A stretch of 64,000 nucleotides of DNA, taken from the NCBI GenBank assembly GCA_951406725.2, contig OX597820.1:57722001-57786000 (forward strand), given 5' to 3'. Under the pieces are notes generated by a model. That model ran no database searches. It was not told the DNA's origin and saw nothing but the letters and a program-made list of their open reading frames with translations. Source of the stretch: Octopus vulgaris. Its lineage: Eukaryota. Numbering within the stretch: position 1 is the stretch's first letter; every line of letters begins with the position of its first letter. Both the position numbers and the translations under genes were made by a program. Positions 53,665-64,000 of the stretch are shown here, piece after piece.

Positions 53665-54113
53665 CAGCAAATATTCTGCTGAATACCACAGATTTGCTTG
53701 TCACTTGTTTGACCATAACCAGTTGACCATGTCCCTCAGTGGCTGAAGATATGTGCATCTCTGATCACGTGCAGAAGCAGTTGGGGAGTATCATACCCAT
53801 GTGTTGAGAGGGATTCTTTGGGGTTTGAATAATTCACCTCTGGAAACATGGGTGTTTCGTTCAACATCCTTAAACAGCCCTTATTCAGGGACCTTTTGAG
53901 TGGGATGGGTTACTTGACCAGAAGAAAATTCTAACTGGGCCCCACCTGCAAGGTCATGTGCTGTTTGTCGTGATATGAGATCACCATGTCGCGGACATAT
54001 GGTTGTGATGCATGTGCCTAGTGTACCCTTATCAGACTGGTAGCCATGATGGGTATACTGGGCTTTGTATATCTTAGCCTAGTGTCACTTTGATGACATG
54101 CACTGGTCTCTCA
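53665..54113. mobile_element. Truncated second copy of the (TAA)n-associated repeat
   Basis: Similar to ~19706-20158. Confidence 0.75.
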
Positions 54114-54129
54114 CATAATAATAATAATA

Positions 54130-54437
54130 TCAGCCACTGCGGGACGAGATGGGAAAGGTATGGGGCATGAGGAAAGTAATGGTGGTACCGGTGGTAATTG
54201 GAGCATTAAAACCAGTTTCCAAGGGCTTTGAAAAACATATTAAGAGTATTGGAGCTGCTGTAAGGCTCGAGGTGGCCAAGAAGGCGGCATTGTTGTATAC
54301 AGCTCGCATTCGAAGGAGAGTGTTGTCTCTTTGAGTCACAGGAGAAGGCACTACTTGAAACCTTTGTTGATTTGTTATTGCCTGCTTTAAAATAAAGAAG
54401 AACCGGTAATTAAGACCTATCCTTGAGTCTTTCAGGA
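54130..54437 (+). mobile_element. 3' end of an R4/Dong-clade non-LTR retrotransposon in (TAA)n
   Basis: C-terminus KVWGMRKVMVVPVVIGALKPV..KKAALLYTARIRRRVLSL*, typical of restriction-like-endonuclease elements; TAA repeats on both sides. Confidence 0.8.
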
Positions 54438-54454
54438 TAATAATAATGATGATG

Positions 54455-54501
<47 letters not shown>

Positions 54502-54697
54502 TTCTGTTATGGAGCAAGTCGATTACATCGACCCTAGTATTCAACTGCTAACTATTTTGTCGGCCCCGAAAGACTGAACTAACTCCGGTGGAATTCGAAA
54601 CCAGAATGTAAAGAGCCAGAAGAAACGGCGTTAAGCATTTTATTCGACTCGCTAACGATTCTACCAGCTTGTCGCCTTTATAATAATAATAATGATG

Positions 54698-54766
<69 letters not shown>

Positions 54767-54789
54767 GTAACAACAACAACAACAACAAC

Positions 54790-54833
<44 letters not shown>

Positions 54834-55939
54834 TAATGTTTAAAAATTTTCGCAGTGTTTATGAGTTTTTAAATTTTAGTGTTTTCTGAACCCCCGCCTA
54901 TAATAAGAAGTAAACGAATATACATTATAAAACTGATGAAATAATTTTATAAGTTATCCAAACAAAATATAGATTTCATAAGCCTTAAAAGTAAATTAGA
55001 TTTATTTATATACTATACAATTTCAAAACTAGCGGAGGAACTAATTTCAAGTCATAGCAAATAAATTAATATCGAAAAAAATCAAGAAAAAAAAAAGAAA
55101 GAAAAGAAAAGAAAGAAGGACTTATAATCGGCACTAAGCAACACCACGGCTCTCAACGCATCGGGCAGATGTTATAATTACACTCAATGATCAGTCACAC
55201 TGACTTGAGGTTCCAGTTAGCTGTGACCAACGTTGTATATAAATCTACTTGTCCTTACGATAGTTGCCGATATCATAACGTTGGAGATTTGATTGTTGAA
55301 ACTTCACGATTGTTTGTTTTAGCAAGTAGCTAACTAGATATCCAGAAAATAGGTTTTCATACATTTCCTTCTTTTTCTTTTTTAATCGGACAAACATTTT
55401 CTAGAAAGAAAAGCACTAGAAAGGAATTTCAAAAAATCCTTCCTATGCATAATCAGGTAATGAGACTAATCTTGATTTGAAAAAAAAAAAAACAAAAAAA
55501 AAAAAAAACGATTCTTTTTCTGATAGACAAATAATGTGTAAAATTCGAAACCAGAGCTTTTATAATATTTGTAGTTTCCTATATAACATCCGGCTGACTA
55601 TTAGCTTAAGTGTGACGCCACTTCAGACAACATCCTTTCTACTATAGGCACAAGGCCTGAAATTTGTAGGGAGGGGACTAGTTGATTACATCGACCCCCC
55701 CCCCCAGTGTTAAACAGGTTCTTAATTTATCGACTCCGAAAGGATGAAAGGCAAAGTCGACCACGGTGGAATTTGAACTCAGGATGTAATGACGGAGAGA
55801 TGTTTCTAAGCATTTCGTCCAGCGTACTGACGATTCTGCCAGTTCACTTCTTCTTCAAGTAATATCATTTTGGGTTAACGGTACACGAGTAAAACCAGAA
55901 AATACCGAAGGAGTAAGACACAGAATCTAGCAAAACAAA

Positions 55940-56243
55940 TACACCTTCTCCTCGACTTACGACCATCCGCACTTACGACTGCAAAATGTAAATAGATAAA
56001 TAAATAAATAAATAAATAAGAAATCGATTTTCGGACGTTGGGCAGCTACGCGTACTTTAACTATGGCAGCATCTGGCAATGCAGGCCTCTCTCAGACCCA
56101 GGCATCCACTTCTTGTCACGGTTTCTCACTCAGTCGTTTTCAATGAAAATAGTGTTGGAAAATATAAACCCGACATACGACCAGATCGACTTACGACCTA
56201 TCAGTCGAAACGGAACTCGGTCGTTAGTCGAGGAGAAAGTGTA
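55940..56243. mobile_element. Tigger/pogo-like MITE
   Basis: TIRs TACACCTTCTCCTCGACT / AGTCGAGGAGAAAGTGTA; internal ACTTACGAC repeats. Confidence 0.8.
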
Positions 56244-56326
56244 TTAATACTGAGTGTAGAGCAATTGATACATGAACTCATTTAATAATTTTTCTGTATG
56301 GCTTTAATTATAACAAAAATGTAATC

Positions 56327-56561
56327 TATTGGGTTGGTGCATAATTAACAAATTTTATTCAACAAAAACAATAACATGTAACAAAAATATTTTAGATGAA
56401 TTTTCCGGAGCATATTCACCATCTACTTCAATTACTGCATCCCATTTGCTTGGCAGACGTTCAAACCGTCATATAAAGATGTTTTTGTTAAATATTGTTA
56501 TTGTTTTTATTGAAAAAAATTTGTTGAAGAAAAGCTTAAATAATTAGGCACCAACCCAATA
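56327..56561 (-). mobile_element. Mariner deletion derivative (MITE)
   Basis: TIRs TATTGGGTTGGTGC / GCACCAACCCAATA; residual transposase C-terminus RLPSKWDAVIEVDGEY on minus. Confidence 0.85.
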
Positions 56562-57272
56562 TAAACTTGAAATATTCCAGGGAAAATTAGCAATAAAACA
56601 TACAATCGCGCACACATGCATACACCCACCAATATTTCAGTATATGTTCAAACCGATATTAGAAAATGGTATTTGTTGATCTGCAAGGCTACTGTATTCT
56701 TTCATGAAATTCGGAAGCCCAATAACTAAACTGCAGTTGTAAGGAGTATTACAGTAGCCTTGTTTTTTGATTTATTATAAATACTAGTATACTCGAGCTG
56801 TCAATAATGACGACGGGGGTTTTAATAAACTTAGCGATAATTACAACATTTTGATGTATATGTATGAATATTTTATTTTTCCAGTTGGAGGTATTGTTGA
56901 AGAATGTACCCAATGAAAATTGCTTATGAAAAGTATGAGGATGTAAATTAAAATGCCAAAATAACAAGAAAATAAGAAAATTATATTTATCACCTCTCAA
57001 ATACTATACACGTCTGATTACATCTAATATTGGTTTCAAATTTTGGCACAAGGCTAGCAACTTCGGAGGAGCGGTAAGTTGATTATACCAACCGCAGTGC
57101 TCAACTAGTACTTATTTCATCGACCCGGAAAGGATAAACGGTAAAATCGACCTCGACAGAATTTGAACTCAGAACGTAAAGACGGACAAAGTGCTACTAA
57201 GCATTTTGCCTGACGTTCTTACGCCGCCCTCATAATCGCTTTTAATATTGACAACATGTTATAGTCAAATAA

Positions 57273-57570
57273 TGGCGGCGAGCTGGCAGAAACGTTAGCA
57301 CGCCGGGCGAAAGGCTTAGCAGTATTTCGTCCGCCGCTACGCACTAAGATCAAATTCCGCCGAGGTCGACTTTGCCTTTCATCCTTTCAAGGTCGATTAA
57401 ATAAGTACCAGTTGCTCACTGGGGTTGATGTAATCGACGTAATCCGTTTGTCTGTCCTTGTTTGTCCCTTCTGTATTTAGCCCCTTGTGGGTAATAAAGA
57501 AATAGGTATTTCGCCTGTCTTTGCATTCTGAGTTCAAATTCCGCCCCCTGTGGGCAATAAAAAATAAATA
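57273..57570 (+). mobile_element. SINE family A (minus-strand copy just upstream at ~57030-57230)
   Basis: Match to family A. Confidence 0.8.
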
Positions 57571-58400
57571 TGGTGTAGTCAACGAATCACATTTTTATTC
57601 TGCATTATGTTATTTTCTACAACAAATGGTTTACCTAATTTCACAATTGTAATACATGCGTATGTATTCAAAACTTTCGAAATATACACATATTTACATA
57701 TGGGTACATCATCTTACAAACAGAGTGCATACTTTTTCAAAACGTTTTCAAGGGATAGTAAAATATTTGATATATTTTGTACAAAAGCAACATTTGTACA
57801 TAATAAACATTATTATTCATATTCACTTCTAAAGTTTCCGAAGAAAAATATTTCAGGTATAGACACGAGGAGGCACCAACACACATGGGCCTTCTGAATT
57901 TTTAAACCGTAATTCGAAATTATTTGTTTTTATTTTTTTGTTCTGCTTCAAGCAAGAAGTACATGCGTGCCGTGTGGTACCGCTGCGTAAGTTGTATATG
58001 AATCTAATATTGGAATATAGAGGACTATATGAAGTAAAATAATTAATAGTAAAATAAGTGTTTATACAAGTACAAACAATGTATTAAGTGTATATATTGA
58101 TAATACATAATGTATTACATATATTGATTAGATTTACCAACGTGGAAAAGGAGAAAATTAATTTGATCATTAGAATATATAAATATAACAGATGAGCATA
58201 TGAAACAAAGAATGAACTTTCTCATACAAAAAAATCCCGAAAATAGAATGACTCCAGCCTATGCGGAAAAATTTAGAGTTCGTATAGAATAATTTGGTAA
58301 GTAAGTCATATAAAATGAAATAAATTCAGCAGTTTCAAATGGTTAAGTGTTACAAATACACATATATACAAATACTTGTAGTATATCATATAAATTGATT

Positions 58401-58763
58401 ATTAGCTCCTTAGGGAAGGCGGAGATATTGTTTTCAGTCGTGTTTGTTTGTCCCTGGAAAAATATCTCAAGAACCGCTGGATGGATTCGGATGAAACTTT
58501 CAGGGATGTTTGGCCTTGTAACTGGTACGAACTGATTAGATTTTGGGATCGATCCGGTATCGGACAAGGATTCTGGATTATTTTCCCTTTTTTTTTTTTT
58601 ACTTAATTTTTGAGTGTGATCGGGTCCAGTTTTAGTATTCTCGTTTGTGAGAGCAGTCGAGTTTATTTCAGATATTCTCATTTTAGAAATCATGTCCGGC
58701 TAATCGTTGAGAGGACGTTGGTATTGCCTTGGCGGAGGTTTGCGCTCTCTGAGTGCTCTTGTT
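58401..58763 (+). mobile_element. Helentron-associated (HINE/DINE-like) non-autonomous element
   Basis: 3' CCTTGGCGGAGG plus hairpin GCGCTCTCTGAGTGC; 5' GTTT repeats and ATATCTCAAGAACCGCT..GATTCGGATGAAACTT core. Confidence 0.65.
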
Positions 58764-58779
58764 AATATGATCATCATTA

Positions 58780-59300
58780 GGGCGGCGAGCAGGTAAAATA
58801 ATTAGCATGCTTAGCAGCATTTCGTCCGTTCTTCCGTTCTGCATATAATTCCGCCGTGGTCGACTTTGCCTTTCATCCTTTCGGAGTCGATGATATAAGT
58901 ACCAGTTTAACACTGGGGTCGATGTAATCGACTTATCTCCTTCCCCAAAACTGCTGACTTTGTGCCAAAATTTGAAATTAATATTGTGATCATCATCAAT
59001 TCTGCTAAGGTCGATTTTGCCTTTCATCCTTTCGGGGTTGACTCTGTCTTTCATCCTTTCGGGGTCGACGAAATAAGTACCAGTTTAAAACTGGGGTCGA
59101 TGCAACCAACTTATCCTCTTCTCCAAAACTGCTAGCCTTGTGCCAAAGTTTGAAATCAATATTATGATCATCGTTAATTTCGCCGAGGTCGATTTTGCCT
59201 TTGATCCTTTCGGGGTCAATTAAATAAGTACTAGTAATGCACTGGGGTCGATGTAATAGACTTACCCCTCCCCATAAATTTCAGGCCTTGTAGTAGAAAA
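58780..59300 (+). mobile_element. Tandem array of family A SINE cores
   Basis: Repeated cores separated by a recurring AATAT..TGATCATC flank. Confidence 0.75.
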
Positions 59301-59968
59301 GATTATTATAATTTCTTTTTTTTTTTCTGCCGTTACAAAAATAAATGCTGATTTTAACTGAACTATTTGTCTAAGTTCCAATAAAGAAGCATTTCCGACG
59401 ATTCCGAATTGCATGCAAATTCCTCTCCCAGACTTGTCCAAGGTCTTGCCAGATGTTTCAGATCCGAAGACAATACAAGTTAAATAAAGGCTTTTTACTT
59501 GTCCAAGTCGAATTGCAAACTAAGCCCCTACTGGAGCAACCAACACAACACTTTACACGCATCAAATTGACACTGCTCTCAATTCTTACACTTAGGTCAA
59601 CTGGATCGTTGAGAGATTAGTCATGTGGGAATTTTGCAGCGTACATATCTCTAGAGGGACTGCTACATATATTCCAAGCCTAATAAATGAAAGTCAGTAG
59701 AATTAAATGTTTTGCCAAGAAACTTAGACAAGCATCTGCTGTGTGAAAATGAATTGATGAATCACAAGGTATAAACTCATGAGCAATAAGTCCGAGATGT
59801 TATGAACAGAACCGGAGAAATGTGCGTCAGCAGTGAGTTGACAAAATGATTCATTATTGGCATCCCGTCACATGCTCTAAGCTTTATATTCAGAGACAGT
59901 ACAAAGTTGAGCGTACATATATACATACATGTGTGTATGTGTATATATGTATACATACATACATTTAA

Positions 59969-60016
<48 letters not shown>

Positions 60017-60330
60017 GTGGAGGCGCAATGGCCCAGTGGTTAGGGCAGCAGACTCGTGGTTGTAGGTTCTCGGTTTCGATTCCCAGACCGGGCGTTGTGA
60101 GTGTTTATTGAGCGAATACACCTAAAGCTCCACGAGGCTCCAGCAGGGGGTGGTGGCAATCCCTGCTGTACCCTTCCGCCGCAACTTTTTCTCACTCTTT
60201 CTTCTGTTGACCTGCTCGCTTAGCCAGCGGAGTGGTGTCATTTGAAGGCTAGAACAATGCGAAGCGCATTGTGACCAGCGATATGTAGCAACATCTGATT
60301 ACCTGGTCGGTCACGGTGGTCACAGTGATC
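60017..60330 (+). mobile_element. SINE family D, full-length
   Basis: A-box TGGCCCAGTGG, B-box GGTTTCGATTCC; tail also seen on minus at ~45662-45785. Confidence 0.8.
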
Positions 60331-60487
60331 ATATATATATATAACTTGGTTAGTTAAAATATGTTTGTGACATATTTCAGCTTCTCAAGGTAAGGCAAAT
60401 TCACTGCAGTTACCACAGAGAAAAGTATCTTTCTTATGGTAAAAAGGTGTAAAACACCATGTCTGTCCAGTGCTACCCGCTGTCAGA

Positions 60488-60529
60488 TTCTCAGACGAGT
60501 TTCTAGCTCTTTAGCTGTTGTCAGTGGAA
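60488..60529 (-). ncRNA. Decayed minimal hammerhead motif in a (TA)n-flanked insert
   Basis: TTCCA-CTGACAA-C-AGCT-AAAG-AGCT-A-GAAA-CTCG-TC-TGAGA; G8A change and stem mismatches. Confidence 0.45.
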
Positions 60530-60695
60530 AATACCGAAGAGAGGTAACAATGGACAGACACAATGTCGTAGCTTAAACTAAAACACAGTCAACAACATTA
60601 ACTGAGTAGACCGGAAGGGCGGAAAAAATTAAACAGTATCAGCATCTAGCAGTATTTAGAAGTTGAACATAAAGTTCGCATATATATATATATAT

Positions 60696-60767
<72 letters not shown>

Positions 60768-60977
60768 GTGTGTGTGTTTTGTGTGTGTGTGTGGTGCCGT
60801 CTTAAAGCATGGGCACATTTGGCAACTTCCTGTGTTTATCCCAGGCTTCGGGACCCAATTCTAATCTATGTATGCTGTGGTCTGCTGTGAATAAGTAATT
60901 ACTATAGAGTCCAATGCATTGATTTACTCGGGTGCTATCATGTCGTTAAGACAGCCCTTTACACACGCACTCACACA

Positions 60978-61020
<43 letters not shown>

Positions 61021-62112
61021 ACAGACACACACACACACCTGTATATATATATTCAATAAGAAACCTTTAATAGTGACTCGGAACTGAAGTGCTTTTAATT
61101 AGAAGTAAATCACAAACAACACCAGCGTTACGAGGATGGATGGGTTGTAATTTTCAAATCATGCAGCACGCTACGGACTGTTGAAAAGCTCCTAATAATT
61201 GCAGATGTCCATTAGGTGTCGTTTGTGCATTGCATAAATTACTGACGTTTCTATCGAAGACCTGGACAGAAACCATACTTTCTCTATTCTGACAGCTGTC
61301 GAGACACCTTAAATAATGTTTCTCTGAGGTGCTGACGTCAGTGATTATCTTGGTGTTAAAGTTATGTCCGTGACAGTGATTGGGATGTCGACGGTGTTGG
61401 TAATGTACATAATGGTGGCAGCGGTAATGATGTCAGAGATGATGATGCAGTGGTGTTGGTGTTGATGATGCAGGTGTTGATGTTAACATGTTAATAGTGA
61501 TATTGACCGTATTGAAGTTAATGGTTGTGGTGTCCGTTGCGCAAACATTTCTAAATGCAAAACTTCATTTAAAATGATCGATAGTTCTATACACAAACTA
61601 GTGAAGGAAAATAATTTAGGTCTGTAGGTAGTTATGTTTGAGATAAGGAGTCCCTAAGCTCGGTATTGAGTATGAATAGCAATAGAATCCAGCACGAATA
61701 GATCTGTCACCTATCAATTGAATAAATTGTTAACTCAAGGCGATCTTGGGTTAATAAAAACTCAACCGCACTATATCTGATATACAGAATCAGCTCTAAA
61801 ATCTCCAACTCGTCTAAATTTTAATTTTTCACATTACACAGGCTACAATTCTTGAAATTCACGATCCTCCATCCAAACAAACTGGTGGAATTCTGTCTCA
61901 TACGACAGCCTGGGAGATACGATTAAGGTTAGGCTTCACTGAGGTCGAATAATACCAGATCATGCACGGAGTTATTACCATACTCAGCAAACATCATACT
62001 CATCCCACACAATATGTTCCTTACCACATACTTTCATCTAGTTTTTAATTAATTTTGATTTCCTTGTTGTCTCCCTTGCCCTTCCTTGACAAGAATTACT
62101 CATTAAAGGTAA

Positions 62113-62341
62113 TACAGTAATCTCTCGACTATCGCGGTTACTACGTTCCAACCCCGCCCCTCGCAATAGGTGAAAATCCGCGAAGTAGAAACAATACTGT
62201 ACTGTATATTTTTTCAATTATTTTTATAATTTGCATATATTTATTCTATTACAAATGCAAAACAACACCACGGAGGAATCGACGTAAGCTTAAATAATAA
62301 ATCGTTATAGGTGAACCGCGATAGGGCGAGGGGTTACTATT
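62113..62341. mobile_element. Tigger/pogo-like MITE
   Basis: TACAGTAATCTCTCGACTATCGCGGTT / AACCGCGATAGGGCGAGGGGTTACTAT. Confidence 0.75.
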
Positions 62342-63289
62342 TGAATTATTGTATTTACTGGTGTTTAAGTTGTGCCCCTAATGAATTGTTAAGTCTTGGT
62401 ACAGATATTTTTTCTCTGCTTATTTTTTTACCCCGTGTATAGGTCGCATCCCAATTTTTTTCAGTGAAAATCAAATATAAAATAGCATGTCTTGTACACG
62501 AGTAAGTGCGGTACTCAAATAATCTTGAAGACTCAATATATTAATTATATTAGCCTGTTCTTAGCGTAGAAGGTGTCCACGGAGAAACTTCCTTTTCCAG
62601 TTTTATAGCTACAGAACAGATAATACTAGACAGTAATAAACAATTCTCGAGCTGCCATTCTTCTAATTATCGTCATGACCTCGAGAAATATTTGTGTCCG
62701 TAGAACAATCCTGCTTCAAAACATGCTTCAGCGACAGAAATAGTAAATTTTCTATGTACATTTTGATAAAAACTCAAAACTCGAATAAAAATTCAAAATT
62801 AAATTCATTACTTTGTTAATGAATGAGCAATTTGGAAAATGTCCTGTCTTAAGGATTCTTAGACTCTCACTGTCCGTCTTAATAGATGTTTTTGATTGCA
62901 GTGATTTCGTCATTAGATTACATGAAATTAGATACAGCTGTTTATAAGTTATGCTTCCGATCTGAGCATTATTACTTTACTTAAGCCATTGACAGCGCTA
63001 CTTTCAGTCAACATCCTGGTTGCCAATCCATCCTCCAGCACAGCGAACTGTTTTAACCTCACTTTGTTGAAAATACACCAACTGTTGAATGGCAAATGTG
63101 AAAAACACGTTCTTTTGATAAGACCATATACAAATACGCTGTGATTAATTACCAGTGTGTTTCAGCCAATCAGGTTTACTAGTGATCGCTTTAATGAACA
63201 AGCACAGTAATCCAAACTACTGAGTAGTTTATTTCTTACGGTATTCACATCGTAACATCAAAAAAATCAGGCGAGATCTCCAATATATG

Positions 63290-63515
63290 AAGGCGGCGAG
63301 CTGGCAGAAACATGAACACGCTGGACTAAATGGTTAGTGGCATTTCGTCCGTCTCTACGTTCTGAGCAAAAAATTCCGCTGGAGTCGACTTTGTCATTTT
63401 GGAGTCATCTTTTAGGGGTCGATAAAATAAAATACCAGTTAAACACTGGGATCGATGTATTCGACTTACCCGCTCACCCAAACTTGCTGGCTGTGTGCCA
63501 ACATTTGAAACCAAT
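63290..63515 (+). mobile_element. SINE family A, diverged
   Basis: Match to family A. Confidence 0.7.
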
Positions 63516-64000
63516 AGTGCGAATGTACACACAGATTTCCATATCAAATTTCCAGAAAAATCAGAGTTTATTTCATTTTACGATTTCCATCTGGAAATAA
63601 TGGATGATGGTAATATACTCACCAAATATTACAGGATCTCTTCTCATAAAGGTTCGTGTTCGTTTATTCCAAATCCGTCATGTCCTTTATACCAAAAACA
63701 ACGCCAATCATAATGGAAATAATCATGGAGAAAATGGAAACTATGATCACCGATATTTAGTGGTTCCATGATATCGTCAGGTGTGATGGAACACGACAAG
63801 AAAGGCGATGGGGGTAACGAACAAGGCGACGCACTCAAAAACTCTGGTAGGTATAGGCATAGCTGTGTGGGTAAGAAGTTCGCCTTTTAATTACATGGAT
63901 TCAACAATAACTTGGGCAAATGTTTTCTACTATAGCATACATACAGAATCTACTCTGATTAGCAACATCATCAAATGAGTTTGGGCTTACGTAGAGTTCT

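Overview
AT-rich, microsatellite-saturated eukaryotic DNA with no recognisable intact host gene. The SINE families and the (TA)n/(CA)n/(TATG)n/(TAA)n content suggest an octopus genome; this is inferred from recalled repeat sequences, not proven. Nearly all supplied ORFs are microsatellite or SINE read-throughs. Protein-like sequence is limited to decayed transposon genes: a near full-length mariner (6709-8004), a DD37D/maT fragment, an older mariner, two RTE-like LINE fragments with 5' inversions, and two R4/Dong-type fragments. The window also holds many tRNA-headed SINEs, MITEs and two Helitron-type elements. The most striking signal is a set of short non-coding inserts in (TA)n tracts that form fold-back inverted repeats and carry type I hammerhead ribozyme (HHR) motifs. 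Their cores include canonical CUGAUGA and covarying U3-A8 and G3-C8 variants. One element is a 363-nt tandem monomer resembling a retrozyme or a non-autonomous Penelope-like element (PLE). All coordinates were read by eye; repeat boundaries are approximate.
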